IMG/VR virus record: IMGVR_UViG_3300042353_000076
Location: 3,267-67,266 of that record
Strand: one strand, 5' to 3'
Length of the DNA: 64,000 bases
Source of the DNA: a virus
Part shown: one piece after another, positions 10,454-23,600 of the stretch
How positions within the stretch are numbered: the first letter of the stretch is position 1
How the letters are laid out: each line of letters opens with the position of its first letter
Made by a program: the position numbers and the translations under genes
Notes under the pieces: generated by a model
The model's database searches: none
What the model saw: only the letters and a program-made list of their open reading frames with translations
What the model was told of the DNA's origin: nothing

Positions 10454-13400
10454 GCTTAATCCATTACAACAGACCGTCTTTGAAGAAGGACCAAAGGCTG
10501 GCTTTGTGCCGCCTGAGTCCATCAACATGTACAAAGAAACCCAAACCCAATTCGGACAGCAACCTATTGGAGTTGAAGGTGCAGATATTGATTGGTATGC
10601 ATTAGGCGAGAATGGCTTTAAGATTGCTAATGAAACCTTTGGTGCTGTAGTTAATAATTTAATCTCATCTAAGGGTAATGCTATTGCAGAACTTAAGGAT
10701 GTATATTCAACTAAACTAAATAATGCATATATTGAACTCAATACAAAGCAAGCTGAAGCTAGAGCTAAAGGTATAGCAATAGACCAGCCAATCATGGATA
10801 GCTTAATTTCAAGAATTAATGAATATAAAACCGAGTGGAATGACAAGGCAAGAGATGTCGTAGAGAATAACAAGGGTGGTCTATTTGAACCTGCTATTGA
10901 TTACTGGGATGAAAAGCTAGACATTAAAAGCCTAGGCTCTAGGTATCAAGAACTCGCCTTAAGAGTTCGTTCATCCGATAGAGATATCTCTGCTGCAGCA
11001 ACAAAGCTTTTGTTTGATGCCCAATTCAATAACATTGGTAAGCAGAAGAAAGAGTTTGATGCTAAGCAAACAAAGTATGGCAATGTACCTTATAAGGCTG
11101 GTGATGTTGCAAATATGGTATTAGCTGGTGTTGCTCCATTGAATGCTGTAGGATCTCAATATCCCCCAGCTTCTCCAACTGATCCAACTAACACACCTTA
11201 TTTCTTTACACAACTAAAGGATGGTAAACTTACACCAAAAGTAGATGCTGCTGGTAACCAACTAGTAATCCTAGATCAAGCTACTGGTCAGTGGCTCTGG
11301 AATCCTGCAGCAGGGCAAGAGGGGTTAGATGAAAATGAGACTAAGCAACTTGTTGACTATGCTCAGTTTCATCCTTCTGCTCAATATAGAGATATCTCAG
11401 CTACTGCATCTTATCAAGGTATGTTTGCTCCAGATTCCGCGGATTTTATTAAGTCTGAATTTAATAAGCCCCTTGCTACAAGATCGCCACAAGCAATGCT
11501 TCGTGCTGGTCTGATGTTTAATCAACTTCCTGTTTCAACCCTAGCTGAAAACCTAAAGCAAATAGGCTTGAATGAAGAAGATGTTGGCATGGCTGTAATC
11601 CTTAGAGATGCTGTTCAAAAGGGCGGCACAATGCAGACTCTATCAGAATTAAAAAGCATAACCGCAGCAGATATTGGTGTAGCTAATGAAATTTTAGGTT
11701 ACACCCAACAATATAGTCCTTATGTAAAGGGTGCTGCAACTAAAGCTGATTTATTTACATACTCAAATAGTGTAGTTCGGCGTATTGTCGGACAGGCATT
11801 GGGTTTAAATGACGAACAACTTAAAGATTTACTAATAGAACAAAATGGGGATACTGTAAAGGATGCGGGTGGACCTGAAAGTCTTGTCCGTGTTTTAAAA
11901 AACAACCCCCAACTCCTTGCAACTTCTTTACGAGCTATAGCTTATGTTGAAGCTAACAGAGGTCAGTTTGTGGTAGCTGGTAAGGGTGGAGAATTAGATT
12001 CAGATAAGGTTGCTAAGTTTACTGATACTTTCAATAAGACACTTGCAAACCACCGTGGTATCACCGCTGTAAAAGGTGCTGATGGTAGTATGGTTTCTAC
12101 CGACAGTCCAGATTTATCTTGGACAAATACTCTTAAGCAAGAAGGAACAAAGACCGCCATACTTGATACACACTTTGCAAGTACATATAGCACCGATGAT
12201 GTAACCAACCCAACGGGTGTTAGAGACTCAGCAATTAAAACTGCAAAGGGTTTAGTCCCTGATTTGAATGAACGACTCTATACATCTTTTTTAGATAATA
12301 TGGCTGTTAATCAACCAACTAGTCTAACAGATAGAACACAAGTTTCTAGAGTTATTCCAGTGGGTGAGCAGGGTAGACTTGCCGTTGCTTGTAGTGCTGC
12401 CGTAATGAAACTCAATGGATATGTTCCAGTAGTAGGAGCAACAGCAGAAGCAGACTTTGCCGCACAACTAGCAGCAGTCAAAAAGGGTTATGCAAAGATT
12501 CCACCAATGTCACAATGGGGAATGGAATATAGTGTGAGTCCAAGAGATCAAGGCTTTATGACTTCATCAGCTGGCGGTCTTCCTCTTGGATACCGAAGGA
12601 TTATGATGGGTGATATAGATGTACTTCCATATCTTGCTCCTGCTTCTCAGGTTGATTCCAATGGTGTGTTTACCCCCCGTAAAAATGATGGCACTCCTAT
12701 ATTGAGAGTACCCGCATCAAGAGACAAGGGAGATGCATATCGTCAGACATTAGAAAACATAGAAAGCTATAGAACAACTAACACTCCCTCTTATACGATT
12801 GTTTCTAGCAGTGAAGCAGCAGGAATACTTCCACAAGATATAGGTCTTATTATGAGACAAGCAGAGCCTCAAGCCGTAAACGCTGTTGCTAGAATGTTTG
12901 CTAATCAAGAAGATATTTCAATAGCAGATCTGACTGCAGATTCTGCAAGCACTGTCTTTCTTGTTAATGCTGATAAAATTATGGCTATTGTTGAAGCTGA
13001 TCCTCGCCTCAAACAAATCAAGTATCTACTACAGAACGATATTACTGGAGAAAAAAAGACTGCTGTTTTTAGTCAAGAGAACTTTGGCGTAATGTTAGAA
13101 GACGCAAAGAAAAAAGGTCTTAAAACTGTTGCTGATTTTGTGTCTTATACTCTCGGCGTTGCCGTAGCTAAAGTAGAAAACAGACAAGACCAATCAGACT
13201 TTATGGAGGATGCTGCAGAAAATGCTTATAAGAGATCTGTAGCATCAGGTGCTCCTGCTATGCCAATTCACGAAGGTGATTCAGTAGTTCAGGTTGGTCC
13301 AGCTGCGGGTATGTCACTATACCGACCAAACTCAGATAGGTTTGTTCGTAATATGGATAGCTCAGCCCGTGGTGGTAGTAATATTTGGAAGCAAAAAGAT

Positions 13401-14654
13401 AGCAATGTATTCTATGTCTATCGTGCTGGAGAAGATGTTGATACTACAGAAATGGAGCCTTACTTTGAGGGGCGTAAGCCTAATGAAGATGAAGCTGCTT
13501 ATACTGCACGATTCAACAGCGTCTTTGGTTCTATCTTAACAGATAATAAAAACAAAGAAGCTGCTAAACAAACCAGTTTAGAAATGATTGGTCGTGGTGT
13601 TAGTATGCCAATTGAGGCATCTATTCAAAAGCAAACAATTCTTCCTTCATCAAAAGTTTCTGGCTTTAAAAAATCCTTTATAGAGTTTATGGATAACAAC
13701 CGTTTGGTTGGTTTAAATTCTCCTGCTAGTCTTCTTGAAATGAAGACCTATGATTTCACTGGTCTGTATTTTGATACAGGTGAACTACCAAAGGAATGGT
13801 CTGATCTTCCAGCAGAGTATGCACTTCCGGGTAATTCTCGCTATAGAAATAAAAATCTTAAAACAGATCCTGAAGTTATTAGAGAACAACTTGGCAATGC
13901 TATTAGCGATGCTTATTGGGAAAAAGTAACTGAGGATAAACAGGCAGATGTATTAAAAACTGCTAAATTAAAAGAAGTGGCTGACCAAGATAGTATGGAA
14001 GTTGTGTTAGCTGAAACTGTTGGTGATCCAATAGCTATTTTAAGAACACGCGATGAAGACACTAAACTTCCACGAGATGCATCAAACTTTATTTTAACAG
14101 CATTTGATAAACAAATGTCTGGTAGAGTTATTCAAGAAATTCTAGATGGGAATGAACAACCCATGTATGGTATTACTAAAGATTCTTACATGAAAATTAT
14201 GGTTGATTTTGTAGCAAAAAAATGGGAGCCAGCTGCTTTTGAATACCAAATTAGAACCGCTTTAAAAAAAGATAGACTAATAAAAGATCGACTTGGTTCA
14301 AAGAAATACATGACCGTCAATCAAACCATTGCTGCTCTAGATTCTTCTTCGTTCCTTTTAGATCCCGAAGTAGAAAAACAATGGAGAGAGACAGCATTAA
14401 AGGCTTGGGATTCTTATCAAGAGAGTCAAGTTAAATCAGTTCTTAATGAAGCAGACTATGATCCGCAAGAGCGTAATAAAAAGAGACAAGAAGCTACAAA
14501 AGAATTTGAAATGAAGTTAAAAGATCCTAGGGAATTTATAGATCTTCGACAAGACTTCTTAATGCACTGGTTACTTCCACAGAGTAGAACAACTAAATAT
14601 ACACCAGATGATCTCTGGCTTAAAACATTTACAAAACGATTGCTAGCAAAGTAA
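10440..14654 (+). CDS. Large internal virion protein (gp15-position)
   Basis: ~1400 aa, mostly helical, located between the gp14-like and gp16-like genes. ATG at 10440 follows GGAG at 10427 (ORF track starts at 10425). Confidence 0.6.
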   Translation: MPAPELNPLQQTVFEEGPKAGFVPPESINMYKETQTQFGQQPIGVEGADIDWYALGENGFKIANETFGAVVNNLISSKGNAIAELKDVYSTKLNNAYIELNTKQAEARAKGIAIDQPIMDSLISRINEYKTEWNDKARDVVENNKGGLFEPAIDYWDEKLDIKSLGSRYQELALRVRSSDRDISAAATKLLFDAQFNNIGKQKKEFDAKQTKYGNVPYKAGDVANMVLAGVAPLNAVGSQYPPASPTDPTNTPYFFTQLKDGKLTPKVDAAGNQLVILDQATGQWLWNPAAGQEGLDENETKQLVDYAQFHPSAQYRDISATASYQGMFAPDSADFIKSEFNKPLATRSPQAMLRAGLMFNQLPVSTLAENLKQIGLNEEDVGMAVILRDAVQKGGTMQTLSELKSITAADIGVANEILGYTQQYSPYVKGAATKADLFTYSNSVVRRIVGQALGLNDEQLKDLLIEQNGDTVKDAGGPESLVRVLKNNPQLLATSLRAIAYVEANRGQFVVAGKGGELDSDKVAKFTDTFNKTLANHRGITAVKGADGSMVSTDSPDLSWTNTLKQEGTKTAILDTHFASTYSTDDVTNPTGVRDSAIKTAKGLVPDLNERLYTSFLDNMAVNQPTSLTDRTQVSRVIPVGEQGRLAVACSAAVMKLNGYVPVVGATAEADFAAQLAAVKKGYAKIPPMSQWGMEYSVSPRDQGFMTSSAGGLPLGYRRIMMGDIDVLPYLAPASQVDSNGVFTPRKNDGTPILRVPASRDKGDAYRQTLENIESYRTTNTPSYTIVSSSEAAGILPQDIGLIMRQAEPQAVNAVARMFANQEDISIADLTADSASTVFLVNADKIMAIVEADPRLKQIKYLLQNDITGEKKTAVFSQENFGVMLEDAKKKGLKTVADFVSYTLGVAVAKVENRQDQSDFMEDAAENAYKRSVASGAPAMPIHEGDSVVQVGPAAGMSLYRPNSDRFVRNMDSSARGGSNIWKQKDSNVFYVYRAGEDVDTTEMEPYFEGRKPNEDEAAYTARFNSVFGSILTDNKNKEAAKQTSLEMIGRGVSMPIEASIQKQTILPSSKVSGFKKSFIEFMDNNRLVGLNSPASLLEMKTYDFTGLYFDTGELPKEWSDLPAEYALPGNSRYRNKNLKTDPEVIREQLGNAISDAYWEKVTEDKQADVLKTAKLKEVADQDSMEVVLAETVGDPIAILRTRDEDTKLPRDASNFILTAFDKQMSGRVIQEILDGNEQPMYGITKDSYMKIMVDFVAKKWEPAAFEYQIRTALKKDRLIKDRLGSKKYMTVNQTIAALDSSSFLLDPEVEKQWRETALKAWDSYQESQVKSVLNEADYDPQERNKKRQEATKEFEMKLKDPREFIDLRQDFLMHWLLPQSRTTKYTPDDLWLKTFTKRLLAK

Positions 14655-14691
14655 TCCTCTTTATGGCGCATTGCCCCCAGAAAGGATATGA

Positions 14692-17600
14692 ATGATTAAT
14701 TACACTAACAACTTTCCTATAGTACCGGAGACACCAGAAACACCGAGACTGCAACCACAATACTACACAACTGGTAATCAATTCCTGATGGCTTATCAGG
14801 GTGCTCCTAACTATGTTGATGTTGCAAGAATGCATGAACCAGGTTTTTGGGGACCACAGCCTAACACTCAAAAAGATACCTATAACAATTTATATGCGCT
14901 GACACAAGCAGAATCTATTAGCACAGGTGGCGCACAGGGCTATGCCCAAAAGATTGCTCAGTATATAGGTATGGGACCTAATGAGTTCCAAGACTATTCA
15001 TTTGGTGCATTCCAGCGTGGTATTCTAATGGGTCAGAAAGATGATCCTTTAGCTCCGGCAGAGTTTGGAGCCAGTCAGTTAACTCCTGAAGTACAAGATA
15101 ATCTCCGCTCCATACTTTCCAAGTTGTTACCTATTGCTAAACAAGAACCACAAGATCCTGAGAATCCTACTCCAACACAAAAAAGAGTGAATGCTATGAT
15201 GTACCAGCTTGCCTATGCAAAAGCAAGCGAGGTTACTAAAACGGATCTTGGTTTCTCTATGGTTGATGCCTTCCGCTCACAAGCAGAAGTCTATGGTAAG
15301 ATTCTAAATGCTTATACTTATGGAGCCGCAGGTGCTTTATATGATGGATACAATGCAGCTTATAATCCTACTAAGAATACTAAGATTGCTAGAGGCATTG
15401 ATGATATTCTAAAGATTCGTAACCGAGTTGATTTAACTTTTGATCCTGCTATATGGTGGAGTAATTTAGATCCTACTGTCAAGCAGGGTTTTATTGAAAA
15501 TGGTATCTCATCAAATACAATTAGAACAGCACTCAATGAAGATGAAGCTAACTTTAGAATTGGTGAGATCATCTTTAAGAGTGATACGCAAAAAAGAATT
15601 GAAGCATATGCTCCCGGTTATTTTGATAGTGGGAGATTAATAGCAGATAATTTGGTTGGTGGTATTCTAAATTCTTCGGATACCGTTCCATTTATTGCTT
15701 TAGAAGTTGCAGCCACAGTTGCTACTGGTGGTTTTAATTTGGTTGCTACAGCATATGCAGCCCCTACGGTTGCTGTTGCAAGCACAGGCTTTGCTGTTTT
15801 TAGAGCAGCTCGTAATGTTGCTTCAACAATTGCTAAACTTCCCCTTGGACTAAGCCCAACCTATGCTAAGAATCTTGGCATGCTTGGTACTTATACTTTA
15901 ACTGGTTCAATATTCGGAGTTGGTGCAGCCTTACAAGAGGCTACCAGACAAGAGAAACAAATTGCTTATAGTAATGCTCTTCTTTTTGCGGACCCAGAAA
16001 TGCAGAAGGATTATGATCTTTCAAGCATTGGCTGGGCTGGTGGTGAAGGCTTTGCAATCGGCTTCTTAGGTTTTGGTTTAGCACCCGGAGTTATGGGCAG
16101 TACGGCTGGGGCTTTTTTAAACAAACTCAGGGGTGTCAATGTTGCCCCTCTGGGGGAATCTGTAGTTCGTATGACCGGAGACAAACGCTTTACCTATGAA
16201 GGTACACGCCTTGGTGAGGCTCTGGGATTCTACAAAGGCAAGTTAAGTCGTAAGGATGTAGCAGTTGATCTGCCCCTCCATGAGAAGATCATTACCGAAG
16301 CCGAGCTAGAGGGTGTAAAGCCATCAGCACAGCAGCTGAGTAATGAAACCCAGACTGCAGTCAATAGAGCTGATGCTCGTGCTGCAGTAACTCCTGATGC
16401 CGCTAGAGCAACCCCTGATGTCCCTATGACCAGACGGTTGGATAACGAAACCAGACAAGCCTATGCTGAACGCACAGGTGCTAATGGTACTCTCAGCAAC
16501 ATCATTGAGTTTGTTACTGAGATATCCCGTAAGAACTCAGCGGGGGATGCGGTTAAAGAACGCGCTTCCCTTACTGGGACGGGTGATACCTTTGGTGACA
16601 TGGGAACTACAGATAGACTTCGGATTCTTTATGCATCCGAAGAACATCTGAATACAACCAGACTTAAGGAAAAGGAAGCAGGTAAGTTAACCCCTGCTCG
16701 TGAGAAAGCCTATGCGATTATGGAGTCGCAGCGGCGTAGTATGATTAAACAATACACTAAGTCTCTATCCAAGCCAGAGCGTAAGGCTCTCAGTGATAGT
16801 CTTGGTGGTGTCAAGAAACCTGTTAAGACTATTACGGAACATGTAGCTGATGCTAGATCTACCGTGATCTCTTCAGCAGCCAAGAATGATGCAGCTGAAA
16901 AGGCTGCAGTCAGCTTGCTGGGAACAGCGCGAGAGATCGTAGCTAATCCATCAAGGAAGGCTGAACTCCGTGCTGATCTTCCAAAGGAAGTCTTAGATAT
17001 TCTTGATGCCGCAATCACTGAAGTTGCTATTACTGGCACAGTCAGTCCAAGTACTGTTGAAGCCCTAAAGGCAGACATTAGTGGAGTGGCTCGTAAGCCA
17101 TCCAATAGACTGACAAACTCAATTAAGGAAGCCCTTAAGATTAAGAAGTTGAATCCAAAGCGAATGGCTTTGATCAACGCACTTAAGGATGACATTAATA
17201 AGTTCTCTTCATTAGTTTCTGGTAACCAAGTCAATGCTGAGAAGTTCTTTCAGTTCACCAATGATTTAGTAGAGAATGAAATCATTAATGAAATTGACCA
17301 AGCTATTCTATTGGCTTCTGTAGTTCATTTAAACTTTGACTCCAAGGCTTTTGCAGTAGACTTTAAGATTGAACCAATTCTAGATGTGGATGGGAACATT
17401 GAGTACACCACAATTGGTGCTTACTCCGCAGCGAATAAGACAATAGTAATGAACAGCTTATGGATTGGTAATGATTCAGAGCGAAGAGCTATCACAGTCT
17501 TGCATGAAATTGGACATGCTTATTTCCAATCAAGTGCAACAGCTGATATCTATGTAGACAATCTAAAGATGTACAATAGTCTCACTCGAAACTATGGACC

Positions 17601-20600
17601 ATCCTTATTGAATCTAGATGTGGCTAATATGTCTGATCCATTACTCTCCGCTAACTTCCTGAGTGTGTATCATCTTCAGAATGCTGAAGAAGTATTTGTT
17701 CAGTCCTTCTCAAAGATTCTATTTACTGAAGCACAGCTTGCTGTATCACAGATGGCTCCAATTGAAGTATCTTCTTTTAGATCTATCATCAACAGCATGG
17801 AACAGGGGATCATACTTGCAGCCAGTATGTTTGATACTTCAGATCATTACACTGTTGTTAATGGTTTGATTAATCGTCTGACTGAAATGGATACGGCTGC
17901 ATCTAAAGCTATCTCTGTTCCAGACTTATCAAGAGCATATGCAGCTGCAGTAAATGCACAGACAGTATCAAGTGATATTGCCCCTAATGTGTTTAATACT
18001 TTTGTAAAAGACTGGATGATTAAGAATCTACCAGAGCATAGTCCAGAAGTTGTTAAGAGAGCTATGTTAACTAGTGGTGAATATAATCTCATTATGAGAG
18101 GTGAGAGAGATCCTTCTCTAATTGTTGCACTGACAATCCTAAAGAGCAATGGTAGACAAGCTATTGACATGAAGGGCAATCCTACTGTATATATGAAAGA
18201 CTTGGTTGATGTCTATAGTACATATAAGCAAACCCAGTTTGGGTCTATGCTTATTAAAACTGCCTTCTTACTTACTACTCCAGACTATGCACAACTAGTT
18301 GGAATGAGTAAAAAGGATCGTATCAAGTTCATGCAACGAAGATTGTTTAGCATGGGAGCCGAATCTTTTGAGTCGGTTCAGGGTGGTGTTGAAACCATCT
18401 TAGCTGCTACTTATGAAGATCGTGGTCTAGCCCAGATGCAAGCTACTAATTATTTAGATCCTCTAAATAAACCTAGTCGATACTCACACACCTTCTGGGG
18501 AACCAAAGCTACTTCGCTTATTGAACTGCTAGACAAGTCTGTTGAAGGAACTGCTAAGAATAGTCTTAGTGAAACTGATAGACTTGCTTTATTAGAGCAA
18601 GTAAGAAATGATCCATACTTGAACCAACCGTTGATGCATACCTTGAAAGACTATTATAAAAATAATGGCTTTGCAGATATTGCTCATCTGGTTACTCTGG
18701 TACATCATAAGCATTACATTGATACGCTCAAGGCAGAGGGTGTCTTTGACACCGAAGGTTTAAACCGTTCTTACATTGAAGAAGTTACATCCACACCGGA
18801 GTTCAAAAAGTTCTTTGGGGACAGCAAAGCTGTTGATGAGAATGGTAAGCCTATTATTGTTTATCATGGCACAACAACCTTAGTTGACTTCAATAAATTT
18901 AAATTGGGTGGTGGTATGTTTGGAAGTGGTGTTTACACAACTACCAATCCATCTACTGCTAATAACTTTGCTTTAGTAAATCCAAGACAACCTAATGCAC
19001 CTACGGGTGCTCGCCTCTTTCCTTTATTTATTAGTATTGTTAATCCTTTGATTTTAGATTATAGTAAAGAACCAAAAAGAATCTTACAGGAAGTTTACAA
19101 GCTATTAAAAGAAAAGAATTTAACCGAAGAGTATAATGCATTAAAGGAAGCCACACGCCTAGGAAATATGGCTGATGGGGAAACAGTCCAAACAATCTTT
19201 AATACATCTTTGGCTAAAGCAGTGGCAGCTTTGGGTTATGATGGTTATCAAATTAAAATGGCTGAGGGTAATACTTACTGGATTGCCCTTAAGGTAGAAC
19301 AAGTTAAGTCTGTCTACAACGAAGGAACCTTTAATAAACTTGATCCCGATATTCGTAGGGATATAGATGCTGGTGTTGATAACAATCAAACCCGTAAAGC
19401 TTTCTTAGAGCGCGTTAAAGAAACTCCTGAGTTTAAGATTTACTTTGATGGTAGTAAAGTTGTTGATGAGAATGGTAATCCATTGATTATGTATCATGGT
19501 ACACGCAGTGGTGGTTATGATCAGTTTAAATTACCAGAGAATCCTGAGTTTGGTTTGTTTGGTCCGGGTTATTATTTTACGGCTAATCCAAGTATTGCTT
19601 CTGAGTATGCAGTTAAGCCGGGAACAAGACCTAGTAAGGGAGCCTCTATTTATCCTGTTTACTTATCTATCAAAAATCCAATTGATATGGATGCACCGTT
19701 TGATCGAAATCTTTGGTCATCAGTTGTAAGTAATTATCGTATTTCACCAGAGCTAAGAGAAAAGTTAACTGACGGTTTAAAATATAATGGTGACTTATTA
19801 GCTCAGATTGAACGCCAGATAGAAACTACTAGAAAAGAATTTTTAGGACTTCCTCTTGGATCTGAAGGTATGATTACGGCAAAAGGTCTTGTACTTGAAC
19901 CAACATCTTATACAAAACAGTTTGATACAAATGAATCAGCATTTAGACAGCTAGAAGATAATATTATTTCTTATGTTGAAGATGGTGATGACTATGTTTC
20001 TGCTATAGTAATGGATCTGTTTAAACAATCTCCTATTGATGGCATCACACATATGGGTGGTGGTCGGGTAAAGGCAGATAGTGTAAGACACCGTGTTTGG
20101 ATTGCCTTTGAACAACCACAAATTAAATCTACTTCCAACAGAGGAACATTCAGTGTTACTGATCCTATTATCACAAGAGACATGGATCTTCCTATCTGGT
20201 CTTCCAAGGATATTGCTATTGATTCGATTGCTGCATTCCTAAGCAACAAGGATATTACTCATCTGAGTATTCCTACTTTGCTTAAGAACATTGATGCAGC
20301 ATTGATTCAAAAGATAAGCGATACTCCAAACATGACTCCTGAAAAACTCTTAACTGGTATTCACACAATGATTACTAGTGGTAGTATTGTCTTAAATGAA
20401 ACTTCTGGTAAGTGGGAACTTCCTTCTACTAAGAAACCAAAGAAACCAAGTAAAGCTGCCAAGGCTGCTAAAACGCCTAGGGCAAAGAAAGCAGTTGCAG
20501 CAAAAGAAGCTAAGGTAAAGGAAGCCGCAACGCTTGCCGCTATTTCCGATGGTAGTGAAGAACTTACTGTAGATAATCTAGATGATGTTGTTATTAGATT

Positions 20601-23600
20601 GTTCACAGAAGGCAAACTTACAGACGAAGAACTTGGTCCTCTATATGAGAACCGCCCATATCTCATTAAGAGAATTGAAGCAGGTAAGTTACCGTCTGTA
20701 AAGCATCTGCTTCGTCTTGCTGGAACAATTAAGAGAAGAGATTTTCTATCTGAACAAAGAAAAGGTAAGGCTGGTAAGAAAGATCAGCAAGGAGAAACTG
20801 CAGAAGGTATCCTCAAAGAAGGATCTGTACCGAGTAAAAATGCTGGTGTGTTTGTACCAACTACTGATAAAGAATTTAGTGCTATTATGTTTGACAGAGC
20901 ATTAACATGGAATAATCTCACAAACAATACTCTCTTAACTCCAGAAGAAGTTACGCTAGCTAAAGCCTTGCTATTGGTTGAGTCCGATAAAGAATTAGCT
21001 TCTAAGTCAGCCGAGCTTCTTGGTAAGAAAGTAGAAGATAGAACTATTGGCAACCGCAGAAATGCGTTGTATAATAAGATGGTTGCTATTGGTAAAGCTA
21101 TTGAATATGATCCAAAGGCTAGACTAGTAGAAACTCAAGACTCTCTTCTAGCACATGTTAAGCAAATGGATCAGGTTGTTACTAAGGCAGTAGAAAAGCC
21201 AGAGTCAGTTAAGGCGATTGTTAAGCAAGCCGAAGCTGCGCCAACTCCAAAGCAAGTATCTAATCCTATTGATGCTGGAAGTCGCTTGCTAGAGAAGCAA
21301 GCCTTGGCTGCTAGAAGTAAAAAGACCGATGCATCTCCAGTTATGACACCTGTTACAAAGGTGGAAGAGGGTACATTGTTTAGAGCTACTTCGGAAGTTA
21401 CTGGTAATGTTCCAGAAGCTGTACTACGACCAGAGAAACAAGTTGATGCTATCATTGAAAACAGTGATGTGTCAACCAAAGAAGCTGTGTCGTTTGTTCC
21501 TAAGAAGCCACTAACAATGACCATGACCGCAGCTGAGTTCATGGCTAACGAAGTTAAGATGGCATCCACTATGAAGGTTGCAGATAGAATGGGCGTTGAT
21601 GCTCTCGTCTTCTCAGACGGTGTAGTAATGCCAATTCAAGCTGATGCATCTGTAGTTGTTAAGGGTGTTACTGAAACTAAGGTTAAGGCGGGTGTTCCTT
21701 CTGTAACAAAGATTAAGGTTAAGAAAGGTGTGCCAATAAAGACTGTAACAGCTGCCGTTGAACCTCCTAAGGTTGAGGTAGTAGAACCAACCACAACTCC
21801 AGCTCCGGCTGTAGCACCTGTGGAAGATTTACCTTCAACTCCGGTTCCACTTGCAGCCAGCGAAGGCGCACCAGTTAGAGTTACTAAGACAGGTGGCATT
21901 GCTCCCCCTGCTCCACGAAAGACTGTATCAGACGTTGTTAAGACTACTGAGACAGAAAGAATAGAGCGGGTTGTTAATGATGATAAGGATCTACTCCGTG
22001 ACAATGGAATGGACCAAGGGTTCTTAAAGTTATTCTTAAAGAACTACTGGACACGCATGAAGAATATAGATAAGGCAGTTGATACTTACTCTCCTACGCT
22101 GTTGTCGCTGTGGACAAAGTTTGTTACTATCAACAAAGCAATTGTTGAAGCTAACAGAGCTGTCTTTGGTGATGAGGGTATATCCAAGTTCTGGATTGCG
22201 GTAGATAAGCTACGGGCTGAAAATGTTCAGAAGCTTGCTACTGTTCCGGGTTTCAAGTCTTTATCAGAGCGTCAGCTTATGGTGCTTGCTGCTAAGGAAG
22301 TTGGAGATGCTTACATGCCTCCTATTCTTTTGGATGAATTAAATATTGTTAAATCATCTGAGGATGCTACTGCATTTACTTTAGTTGCCAAGGAGTCTAA
22401 GACTCCGCGAAAGAAAGTAAGTGATGCTACTAAAGCAGAGTCTCCTGTGCCTGTACCACCTGAGCCAACTCCAGCTCCAGCCCCTAAGGCTGGTGAGGAA
22501 GTTCCAGTTACGCCAGAAACTATTCCATTAGAACCTATAAAAGAAACACCTAGAGGTGATATGGGTAGAATCATTAATACTGCTACAAAGGACTCCGAAC
22601 AAAGTACATCAGTGCTCTTGCGTCAAGGAAGTCTTATTGGAGCAATCTTTGGTGGTAGTGAACGAGCATCTAGAAACTGGTGGAGAGCAATGAATAGTTG
22701 GATGGCTAATGCAACACAGGCTGCTAGTCAGACTGGTAAGACCATTAGAAATCTACAGAAGAATATTCGATTCTTATCTCGTTTGTTTGAAGACAACCGA
22801 GCACAGTCAGGACATTTAGTTGGAGCAGGTAAGGAAGCTTTCCGAACTGCAAGACAATGTAAGTCTGATGAAGCCCGGATGATTACTCGTATTGCTAGAC
22901 AACAACTCTTACTCAATAAAAAGTTAAAGGATAGTGGACTAGCTCTAGATAAGGTTAGAGCTGTTGGTGTACTAAGTTATACAAAGCTTTCAGAGGGTAC
23001 TATTATTGCCCCTGCTGATCTTGTTGCTCTTGGTCTATCTCCAGACCTAGCTAAGTCAATAGCTGTTGAAGCTAATTCATTATTACAAATTACAAGACAG
23101 ACCAATCAAACTATATTAGGTTTACAGAATGAGACAGGTTTGTTTAATAGCAATGCTGCTGATGGTACGCCATTTGATCCTATGAAGTATGCTCCAGTTC
23201 AGTTGAACCATGAAAGCTTCTCAGCTATGAGTCCAACTGATCGTGCTCTCTTTGTAGCGGGTCTTGTAAAGGCTCGTAGAACTCGTAAGTTAAAGTCACC
23301 AATCTTAGACATCAATACACTTATTGTTCTTGGTTGGCTAGACGTTGCTCCATCAAAAGAGGCGAGAGGTACTGCCTTGTTTGCTGGCAAGCGAGACTTT
23401 AGACCCGGTGAGTCAACTCAGAGCTTTAGCCCTGAGACTCTAGCTGGTCTAAAGATATCTGAACATCCAATTACTGTTGGTGAGAAAGGTGTTCTAGCTA
23501 CATTGGCTAATGGTTCTGACTCACAGAATTACTTTGTTCTTACAAATGATAAGAGTGGTGTTATCACATTATATCGAATGCCTAAGGTCATTAGTGAACT

